IMG/VR virus record: IMGVR_UViG_2563366856_000003 | Coordinates: 1 to 35,867 of that record | DNA: 35,867 nucleotides | Reading direction: 5' to 3' (one strand) | Source of the DNA: a virus | Lineage: Duplodnaviria; Heunggongvirae; Uroviricota; Caudoviricetes | Shown: positions 28,940-35,867 of the stretch, piece after piece | How positions within the stretch are numbered: position 1 is the first letter of the stretch | Layout: the number at the start of each line of letters is the position of its first letter | The notes under the pieces: generated by a model | What the model was told of the DNA's origin: nothing | The model's database searches: none | What the model saw: only the letters and a program-made list of their open reading frames with translations | Position numbers and translations under genes: made by a program

Positions 28940-29265
28940 CGTTGGCTGAGCTTTTGTTTTTTGAGTTGAATGGATTCTAAGATGAATGCTTTAACTCTCA
29001 GTCTTTCCTCACCCCAGACACCCTCCCTTCGCAGACTTTACTTCTTGTACATACCTTCTCTCGAAAGAGAAGGCAGTACAAGAGCAACACTATATAAAGG
29101 CCTGTAGAGGCCAACATTTATGACTGGAGATGCTCCTAGTCGTTGGCATAAAAACACTTTAAACCAGATTATGAGCATTTACAACATTTCAAGCCGTCGA
29201 ACGCAGCCCCAATCAGAAAAGAACTCACACGGCCATCATAACATCATGATTTAGATGGATATAAA
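28940..29265 (-). ncRNA. Candidate retron non-coding RNA (msr-msd) region upstream of the RT
   Basis: Non-coding 326 bp between A stop and RT start on the RT strand with several stable stem-loops: composite 15-bp stem 29044-29082 with 4-nt loop (UUCG on the RT strand), hairpins at 29099-29112 and 29110-29147; a1/a2 terminal repeats not identified. Confidence 0.45.
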
Positions 29266-31536
29266 TCACCCTTCATGCTTCACCCACTCGTCCGCTATCG
29301 GGTATACAAATCTTTTTTCGCCATAAACCACTATTCCGCCACGAGCCAGCGCCTGAAGTTCCCACCGCTGCGGCGTGATACCCTGCTGCGCCAGTTCGAA
29401 GCGGATGCGCGGAATCTGAGCCCTCTCGGCTTTTGTCATTCGCCCTGATGGTGCTATCTGATGCGGTTTTAATGGCTCATCGCTTCTTTGCTGTCGATTT
29501 TGCTGCGGCGCGCCGTGTTTTAATGCACTCCTGAGCACCGTCACAACTTCGGGGTCATCCCATGCAATAACCCCATCATCGACAAGATTTAGCACCGCTG
29601 CCGCATGCTCAGACGGCGTAGGTGTCATAACTGGATCGCCACCGTCGGCAAGCTTTCCACAGTTATTGACAGGACTCCGAGGCGCGGCGATGCCGCTTTT
29701 TAAAGTCAAAGGCTCAACGACCGGAACTTTCGGCACAATGCGCCAGTCCGTCGTTCTGGTGATATGAATATGACGCGCGCCGAGATGCGGCGCGTAAATG
29801 CCGACCACTCTCTCGACTTCTTCCTCGTACTCGTTAACGTCATCCGACGGGCTACGGGCAACCCTGACAGTCTGACAATCGCGCGGGACATTTGCCCCAC
29901 CCTGCGCGCTGATATACAACGCAAAATCACCACTGTCTGCGGCAGCACGAGCAGCCTCGACGCGTTCGTCAAACTCATCAGCAATACTGACGCCGCGAGG
30001 CAATTTGCGTAGTTCACGGTAAGCCCCCATTGTCGGCAGTCCAACCGTTTTAAATTGCGGGATGCGCCACGTTGACGCCCATGCGGTAACAGCCGCGGCA
30101 GTATCTTTCAGCGGCCTGCCGGTATCGTTATCGAGCTGCCCATCCAGTGCATAGCCGTCGATATTTTTTGAGATATATTTCGCGATATACCCCGCAGCAC
30201 CGCCCCGGTTAAGATGTTTTGCCTGAAAACGGTTTCGCGCGGCTCCTCTTTCGTCGCCATCCTCTTTGAGCGCATAGCGACGCATGATTTCGATAATCTG
30301 GTTACGCTGGCGTGGATTACAAAAAAGCATCATATGCCAGTGCGGCGTTCCGTCGTGGTGTGGCTCGACGACACGCAAACCGTAGACCTGTAAATCATTA
30401 TCCTTGAATGCCGTGCGCATCAGGCTCCAGATACGGCAGAGATAACGCTGCGCATCCTTTGGATTAAATGCCTCATCGTTCCAACCGTGATTAAGCTGCA
30501 CGGTTTTACTTTCGCCTTTTCCGACCTGACGTGTCGGGTGATACTTTGACGGCGCGGTCAGCGTGATAAACATCCCCACATCACCCTCTGCAGCGGCGTA
30601 ACGCTCAATACCGGCAATGGTGTTCATCAGCTCCATCCGGCGAATTTCAGGATTAGAAATACTGCCCATCACCTTACTGATAAGGTCGATGCGCTCGCCG
30701 GTTTCCCTGTTTTCAAGGTCACACGATTTAAGAAACTCCAGATTTGCCTGGCGGCGCGCACGCACATCACGAATGGCATGTTTACTGGCATAAGGTGAAC
30801 GGTCTTTATTGACCTCCCCGACAGCAATCAGTAACGCTTCATGCCAGCGCATACGCTGGCCTTTAAGCTGATGAGTCCACCACTCATCGTTAAACAGACG
30901 GGCAATGGCAGAATATGCCTGCCTCGTGGTCATCTGCCCTTTACGGTATTTTTTCCAGTAGAGAGGGGAAATATTGAAAGCACGTGCAGCGCCAGCAACA
31001 TGACCATAGAGGTGAGCCTGCGCCTCATCCGTAAACAGCGATTCTTTTTCGCCATGCGCATCCACCCAGGCATCGCTGAGTTCCTCATACATCATGAAAA
31101 GCTGCGATGAGATACGGGCAGCAAACTTTTTCAGCTCCTTGTCATTCATTCCCGGCAGGCGCGCATAGTGGTCACGCTCTGCCAGAAACAGTAACGACGC
31201 GTCGGTGTTCATTTCATGGCGCTGATTCACACGCTCAATGCGCGGCCATAAACGACGCTGAAAAGTGGATGTGAGGAAATAAAACCCGTGTACCGGGCTT
31301 TTATTGCGCCGGATGTAGTCATAGCGTGAAGTAAACAGCGAGCGCAAAAAGTAAGGCAGGCGGTTAATCGTGGATAAAACACCTTGCACCTGACGCATCT
31401 CGTCACGTGTAAGGGGTCTTTCGCGCCCGACGGCCTCGCGTGGCGCGTTCCATGCATAAGCACCGGTAAACGCCTTACCGGTGCCTGCAGCAAATGCTGA
31501 AGGAGGGACAAAACGCCCGGAGGCTTTAACGGCCAT
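29266..31536 (-). CDS. A: Replication initiation protein A (rolling-circle nickase)
   Basis: Matches P2 gpA from MAVKASGRFVPPSAFAAGTGK...; start set to the internal ATG at 31534-31536 corresponding to the P2 start (the ORF-track start 31578 adds 14 aa); C-terminal about 100 aa diverge from P2. Confidence 0.9.
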   Translation of the reverse strand: MAVKASGRFVPPSAFAAGTGKAFTGAYAWNAPREAVGRERPLTRDEMRQVQGVLSTINRLPYFLRSLFTSRYDYIRRNKSPVHGFYFLTSTFQRRLWPRIERVNQRHEMNTDASLLFLAERDHYARLPGMNDKELKKFAARISSQLFMMYEELSDAWVDAHGEKESLFTDEAQAHLYGHVAGAARAFNISPLYWKKYRKGQMTTRQAYSAIARLFNDEWWTHQLKGQRMRWHEALLIAVGEVNKDRSPYASKHAIRDVRARRQANLEFLKSCDLENRETGERIDLISKVMGSISNPEIRRMELMNTIAGIERYAAAEGDVGMFITLTAPSKYHPTRQVGKGESKTVQLNHGWNDEAFNPKDAQRYLCRIWSLMRTAFKDNDLQVYGLRVVEPHHDGTPHWHMMLFCNPRQRNQIIEIMRRYALKEDGDERGAARNRFQAKHLNRGGAAGYIAKYISKNIDGYALDGQLDNDTGRPLKDTAAAVTAWASTWRIPQFKTVGLPTMGAYRELRKLPRGVSIADEFDERVEAARAAADSGDFALYISAQGGANVPRDCQTVRVARSPSDDVNEYEEEVERVVGIYAPHLGARHIHITRTTDWRIVPKVPVVEPLTLKSGIAAPRSPVNNCGKLADGGDPVMTPTPSEHAAAVLNLVDDGVIAWDDPEVVTVLRSALKHGAPQQNRQQRSDEPLKPHQIAPSGRMTKAERAQIPRIRFELAQQGITPQRWELQALARGGIVVYGEKRFVYPIADEWVKHEG
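29666..29685 (-). other. ori: Probable origin of replication (A-protein nick site) inside gene A
   Basis: Minus strand reads GCGCCTCGGAGTCCTGTCAA, matching the recalled P2 ori nick-site sequence located within the A coding region. Confidence 0.5.
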
Positions 31537-31801
31537 ATAAGCCAAAAGCCTCTGAACAACGCCTGCTGAGTTGCTCAACCTGCGCGTTTAAATCAGCAAA
31601 AGACTTTGCGCTTCCGGTCAGAATATCGTGATGCATCAGGCCGGAAACGAGCTGGCTTAATTTCGGATAATAACCAACCACCGCCAGCCATTCCTGACCG
31701 GCGTTTTTACCGCTTTCCGCTCTCTTTTTCTCGTGGAGAATAAACTGAAAGCTGTCACTGGTAACGACATAACGTTCGCCAATTTCAATACGAATACTCA
31801 T
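31526..31801 (-). CDS. Hypothetical early-operon protein (P2 orf83 position)
   Basis: 91-aa ORF immediately upstream of A in the early operon; function unknown. Confidence 0.6.
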   Translation of the reverse strand: MSIRIEIGERYVVTSDSFQFILHEKKRAESGKNAGQEWLAVVGYYPKLSQLVSGLMHHDILTGSAKSFADLNAQVEQLSRRCSEAFGLYGR

Positions 31802-32022
31802 GCCGTTCTCCGGTAATGTTTGTTTTTTGCTTCAAAGACTGACTGGCAGGAAACACAACGCGTGGCTGACGGATAGGCCGCACGACGGGCAGCAGGTATT
31901 GGCGCGTCACACTCTTCGCAAACCAGCGCAGAAGCTCCGCAATGTTTTACCCTTGCCGCGTTAATCTGACGCTCCAGTAATTCAGCCTGTTGTTCCTGAA
32001 TAAAATCTACGTTGTCCGGCAT
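31798..32022 (-). CDS. DksA/TraR-family C4 zinc-finger protein
   Basis: 74-aa ORF with CxxC-17-CxxC arrangement (CEECDAPIPAARRAAYPSATRCVSCQ) typical of TraR/DksA. Confidence 0.75.
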   Translation of the reverse strand: MPDNVDFIQEQQAELLERQINAARVKHCGASALVCEECDAPIPAARRAAYPSATRCVSCQSVFEAKNKHYRRTA

Positions 32023-32327
32023 TACCAGCTCCTTTTGTCGTTAAGTTTTTTAAATTCATCAGCGCAATAGCTGGCAATTTCTGTCGTTAATTTCGTCAGT
32101 TCATCCACGGAGGAGATTTGCTTGTGAAATACAGCGCGTTTAACAAGTAAATTGACCACATCAGACAGGAGATTTAATTCGTTCTGATAAATCGCGATAA
32201 CAGACTCAGTTATTTCGCGTTTTTCTTTATCAAGACCAAGTTGAATAAGAGATAGATCGCCATTTTTCATAACGGTGATTTTTAAGGCGTTATTCAGTAA
32301 TACAACTGAACGAGAACAGGACATCAA
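32022..32327 (-). CDS. Hypothetical early-operon protein (P2 orf81 position)
   Basis: 101-aa ORF, stop/start overlap with neighbours. Confidence 0.55.
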   Translation of the reverse strand: MMSCSRSVVLLNNALKITVMKNGDLSLIQLGLDKEKREITESVIAIYQNELNLLSDVVNLLVKRAVFHKQISSVDELTKLTTEIASYCADEFKKLNDKRSW

Positions 32328-32581
32328 AGCACCTCCCCGCGAGACAATCCGATATTGTGAAATTTTTCCGACTCCTGACTGAGCAGCTCGACTATCTCTA
32401 CGCGGGATAACTCCGCCTTTGTGATGTGGCGAATCATGGCGTCAAGATGAGAAGAAAAGCGCGTCGCTGCGTCGGCCTGTGCTTCGGTTCTGGCCTGTTG
32501 CAGCAGTAATGCGTATTTACCGCACTGATTTTCAGAAACTGTATGCATGACTTTCTCCAGGCAAAAAGAAGCCCCGCACAA
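32324..32581 (-). CDS. Hypothetical early-operon protein (P2 orf80 position)
   Basis: 85-aa ORF between B and the orf81-like gene. Confidence 0.55.
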   Translation of the reverse strand: MCGASFCLEKVMHTVSENQCGKYALLLQQARTEAQADAATRFSSHLDAMIRHITKAELSRVEIVELLSQESEKFHNIGLSRGEVL

Positions 32582-32611
32582 TTAAGTGCGTTAAAAACTC
32601 TGGTTAATTAC

Positions 32612-33112
32612 TTAATGCAGATATTGCTCTGGTTTTACCGACGTCAGAATTGTCGGTGCATACTCAAACAGGCTGAATAATTCACGTAATGCACGGAATA
32701 AGGCATCACGCCAGTAACATGATTCTTCATTAATTCGCCAGTATGGCTGGTTGAATTCTTTTTCAGTCAATCCGGCATGCATAAATAAAGTACGGCGCTG
32801 ACTGACAGTTAAAAAGCTAATATATGCATACTCACTTGCACCGACCTGACGGCGTTTTGAGAATGCCCCACGCAGTTCATCAATTGCACAAACCAGCCGT
32901 TCACGTTCGACGTCGTTCATTTCTTCAAAACGCATCGTTGCGTGACGCTGTTTTAACTGCGCATGGAAGCAAACCGTTAGCCGTTCGCGTTCCATCATCT
33001 GATTATAATAATCGCATGTCTCCTGCCAGCGAGGGACGGCCAGATGCTTACCAATTATCCGGCGCATAGCTGCTGGCTGTTTTTCAACGAGATTGAGCGT
33101 CATCACTGTCAT
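32612..33112 (-). CDS. B: Replication protein B (helicase loader)
   Basis: 166-aa ORF matching P2 gpB in length and sequence. Confidence 0.9.
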   Translation of the reverse strand: MTVMTLNLVEKQPAAMRRIIGKHLAVPRWQETCDYYNQMMERERLTVCFHAQLKQRHATMRFEEMNDVERERLVCAIDELRGAFSKRRQVGASEYAYISFLTVSQRRTLFMHAGLTEKEFNQPYWRINEESCYWRDALFRALRELFSLFEYAPTILTSVKPEQYLH

Positions 33113-33303
33113 TTCCAGACCCTCCGGCTTTTCAGAAAGGTCAGAGCCTTTTTTAACGGACTCTGTTTTTTGGTGCGGATAATGATTCCCTTACGCCCCT
33201 TACCGTGGGTGATGGTGAAGTCAATCGCCCTGGGGCTTTCGTTACGCAATAACTGAGCAATACAACGAGGCTCATTCATACGGTTCTCCTTAACGTGGTT
33301 CAC
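33109..33303 (-). CDS. Hypothetical small basic protein (P2 orf78 position)
   Basis: 64-aa ORF between cox and B, overlapping both. Confidence 0.5.
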   Translation of the reverse strand: MNHVKENRMNEPRCIAQLLRNESPRAIDFTITHGKGRKGIIIRTKKQSPLKKALTFLKSRRVWK

Positions 33304-33565
33304 CGAGACCTAACCACATCAACCAGCCGTCACGAATCTCTTTAGGACGGCTTTCATAAGCCAGTTTTAGTCCGTTATTCCATGCCGGAAGGTATACCCA
33401 ATATTCACCAGCACGCCCCGATACTGACTGAGGGTCAGTAATCTCAATAACTGGTAATTTCCCTTTCTCAATCATGCCCCTTACAGCTCTTGGAGTTTTA
33501 CCAATGAGTTTTGCAAACTCCTGATAAGGCACGGCATCAGTCACGCTTACAAGCTGTCTATTCAT
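33290..33565 (-). CDS. cox: Cox (excisionase and transcriptional regulator)
   Basis: 91-aa ORF matching P2 Cox length; first gene of the early operon, divergent from C. Confidence 0.9.
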   Translation of the reverse strand: MNRQLVSVTDAVPYQEFAKLIGKTPRAVRGMIEKGKLPVIEITDPQSVSGRAGEYWVYLPAWNNGLKLAYESRPKEIRDGWLMWLGLGEPR

Positions 33566-33686
33566 CTGCTACGATTCTCCCTTAGTGCTTCTAATGGCTC
33601 CTAATGGCTAATTATTGCCTAAAAGGATAACTCCAGAAGCACAACATTTCACACTATCAGCAAGAAATTACGCAATCGGAGTAATT
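33566..33686. promoter_or_regulatory. Immunity switch region (divergent Pe/Pc promoters with candidate C operators)
   Basis: Intergenic region between divergent cox and C; direct repeats CTAATGGCT at 33591-33599 and 33601-33609 (10-bp phasing) resemble P2-type direct-repeat operators. Confidence 0.45.
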
Positions 33687-33986
33687 ATGTCAATAGACGT
33701 TTCGGAGAAGTTGAAGCTAATCCGTGAATCTGAAAGGTTAAACCGTAAAGAATTCAGTGAATTAACTGGTGTAGCCTACAGCTCACTTTCGAGCTATGAG
33801 AGCCGGTCAAAAAACGCTGGAGTTGAAGCCATAATGAAGGTCTTACAACATCCTAGATTTACTAAATATACTTTGTGGTTCATGACTGATCAGGTAGCTC
33901 CAGAAGCCGGGCAAATTGCGCCCGCTCTCGCACACTTTGGGCAAAACGAAACAACGTCGCCCCACTCCGGTCAAAAGACTGGTTAA
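33687..33986 (+). CDS. C: Immunity repressor C
   Basis: 99-aa product from ATG at 33687 (MSIDVSEKLKLIRESERLNRKEF...); C-terminus matches P2 C (...FTKYTLWFMT...QIAPALAHFGQNETTSPHSGQKTG); HTH in N-terminus. Confidence 0.9.
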   Translation: MSIDVSEKLKLIRESERLNRKEFSELTGVAYSSLSSYESRSKNAGVEAIMKVLQHPRFTKYTLWFMTDQVAPEAGQIAPALAHFGQNETTSPHSGQKTG

Positions 33987-34101
33987 CAATTTATCGTGAA
34001 TATATTCATCACAAGTGCCTACTATTGGTGGCTAAATTTCAGCCACCACGAAAAAAGCGATTAGTAGTAGCAAAAAAAAGTACCACTCGGAGGGTTTTCT
34101 G

Positions 34102-35115
34102 ATGGCAATCAAAAAACTCGATGATGGTCGATATGAAGTGGACATCCGCCCTACTGGACGTAACGGAAAACGCATCCGTAGGAAGTTTGATAAGAAAAGC
34201 GAAGCTGTCGCTTTCGAAAAATACACGTTGTACAACCACCACAATAAAGAATGGCTATCAAAACCAACAGACAAACGACGTCTGTCGGAACTGACACAGA
34301 TCTGGTGGGATTTAAAGGGTAAACACGAAGAGCATGGGAAATCTAATCTTGGAAAAATTGAAATCTTCACAAAAATAACGAATGACCCATGCGCATTTCA
34401 AATCACGAAATCCCTTATCAGCCAGTACTGCGCCACCCGAAGAAGTCAGGGTATTAAACCTTCGAGTATCAATCGTGATTTAACATGTATTAGCGGCATG
34501 TTTACAGCCCTGATTGAAGCGGAGTTATTCTTTGGTGAGCACCCTATCAGAGGGACAAAGAGGCTTAAGGAGGAAAAACCAGAAACAGGCTATCTCACAC
34601 AGGAAGAAATTGCCTTACTGCTTGCAGCACTTGACGGCGACAATAAAAAGATTGCGATTCTTTGCCTGAGTACAGGAGCACGTTGGGGAGAAGCAGCTCG
34701 TTTGAAAGCAGAAAATATCATCCATAACCGCGTCACGTTTGTTAAAACGAAAACAAACAAACCACGCACCGTCCCGATTTCAGAGGCTGTTGCCAAAATG
34801 ATCGCGGATAACAAACGAGGTTTTTTATTCCCTGATGCTGATTACCCTCGCTTCAGACGAACAATGAAAGCAATAAAACCGGATTTGCCAATGGGGCAAG
34901 CCACACATGCACTAAGGCACAGCTTTGCCACTCATTTCATGATTAATGGAGGAAGTATTATCACGCTACAACGGATACTAGGTCACACGCGGATTGAGCA
35001 AACTATGGTTTACGCTCATTTTGCGCCAGAGTACCTTCAGGACGCCATTTCTCTTAATCCGCTAAGAGGTGGTACTGAGGCCGAGAGTGTCCACACAGTG
35101 TCCACAGTAGAGTAA
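34102..35115 (+). CDS. int: Tyrosine integrase
   Basis: 337-aa ORF matching P2 Int; catalytic-domain motifs (R...HxLRH...Y) present. Confidence 0.95.
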   Translation: MAIKKLDDGRYEVDIRPTGRNGKRIRRKFDKKSEAVAFEKYTLYNHHNKEWLSKPTDKRRLSELTQIWWDLKGKHEEHGKSNLGKIEIFTKITNDPCAFQITKSLISQYCATRRSQGIKPSSINRDLTCISGMFTALIEAELFFGEHPIRGTKRLKEEKPETGYLTQEEIALLLAALDGDNKKIAILCLSTGARWGEAARLKAENIIHNRVTFVKTKTNKPRTVPISEAVAKMIADNKRGFLFPDADYPRFRRTMKAIKPDLPMGQATHALRHSFATHFMINGGSIITLQRILGHTRIEQTMVYAHFAPEYLQDAISLNPLRGGTEAESVHTVSTVE

Positions 35116-35195
35116 CGTTTAAGGGCTTTCAGTGGTAATTTATGCCGCTCAAACCCGCATTGTACCGTTGAAAGCCCCTACTGGTGACACCCTAA

Positions 35196-35222
35196 ATCTC
35201 CCTTACACAGGCTTATTTTTTA
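35196..35222. other. attR: Prophage attR core (27-bp direct repeat of attL)
   Basis: AATCTCCCTTACACAGGCTTATTTTTT, one mismatch to 1508-1534; about 80 bp downstream of the int stop. Confidence 0.7.
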
Positions 35223-35549
35223 TGCATAAGCCCTATCCCTGGTCACCGTCTTCCATTGACCACATCGATAGAATCTCCCTTAATAGCACGATGCCTTTCA
35301 CTTATCGACATCGTGCTCGCACAGGTTCCGGTTACGCACAGCCAGAACGCGCATGTTTGACGCTTACCAAAAAATAAACCTAAAGCATTGGAATATTTTT
35401 GACATCATTTTCTGATGGCTGCATAAAATAAAAATTCTGCTTTAGTTTCATCTATCTGTTTGTCATTATTACTCACATTCAATAATGGTGTTGAAGAATA
35501 TCCCATCACAGATAAAATAAATATGTGCATGGTAGTCTTGAATCTATTC

Positions 35550-35867
35550 TCACTCTCCACATTTGAATGTCAGACGAGCAACGCCATGTAATCCTGCACC
35601 TTCTGTCTTCAGGTCAACTATCTGCATTTTTTTGCCCTGAGTAACACAGAAATGAGTTGCATCATTTTTTACTATATTTTCTGCACCAGATATTCTACCC
35701 CTGGCTAAAGAAGCTTCGGCTTCGGTGTAGTATTGGTTATCGAGTTTACGCTGAATATTACTTTTATATGCAAGGCCAAATTTACCGATACTTGTCTCAT
35801 CATTATGCACAGCACAACCAGACATAAGAAAAACACTAATTAATGATATAGCAGCTATCTTTTTCAC
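35550..35867 (-). CDS. yegR: Lipoprotein YegR (host flank); start codon at window edge
   Basis: 105-aa ORF with signal peptide and lipobox (LMSGC); first codon is GTG at the last three bases of the window, so the true start may lie beyond the window. Confidence 0.7.
   Translation of the reverse strand: MKKIAAISLISVFLMSGCAVHNDETSIGKFGLAYKSNIQRKLDNQYYTEAEASLARGRISGAENIVKNDATHFCVTQGKKMQIVDLKTEGAGLHGVARLTFKCGE

Noticed and set aside
31537-31578. Longer start for gene A (MSNSAGVVQRLLAY...)
   Set aside because: Adds 14 residues not present at the P2 gpA N-terminus and increases overlap with the upstream ORF; the internal ATG at 31534-31536 corresponds to the P2 start
35132-35377. 81-aa plus-strand ORF downstream of int
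   Set aside because: Spans the attR core and junction sequence; no RBS; most likely spurious

Overview
This window is a near-complete P2-like temperate prophage (about 33.7 kb, roughly 1508-35222) integrated at the 3' end of the sRNA gene cyaR, between the host genes yegQ (1-1362) and yegR (35550-35867), in an Escherichia-type chromosome. All calls are from reading the sequence and the supplied ORF translations; no database search or composition calculation was run, so protein identities rest on recalled similarity to phage P2 and AT-richness is a visual impression. Gene order in window orientation: attL, ogr, D, U, T, E/E+E', FII, FI, [cargo island 1], H-like tail fibre, I, J, W, V, [cargo island 2], S, R, lysC/lysB, lysA, K, Y, X, L, M, N, O, then divergent P and Q, cos, [cargo island 3], A, four small early ORFs, B, orf78-like, cox, C repressor, int, attR. 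The conserved P2 backbone is interrupted by three AT-rich cargo islands. (1) At the Z/fun position between FI and H, a family-2 glycosyltransferase sits behind a perfect (GCCA)19 tetranucleotide tract inside a short upstream ORF, a classic slipped-strand phase-variation arrangement that appears to be in the OFF frame here. (2) Between V and S, a 261-aa three-helix membrane protein of unknown function. (3) In place of P2 old/tin next to cos, a compact reverse transcriptase translationally coupled to an OLD-like ABC-ATPase/Toprim protein, with a stem-loop-rich 326-bp region upstream, most consistent with a retron-type anti-phage system. The tail fibre is also chimeric: P2 gpH N-terminus, an unrelated central region, a candidate self-cleaving chaperone C-terminus, and no separate gpG gene.
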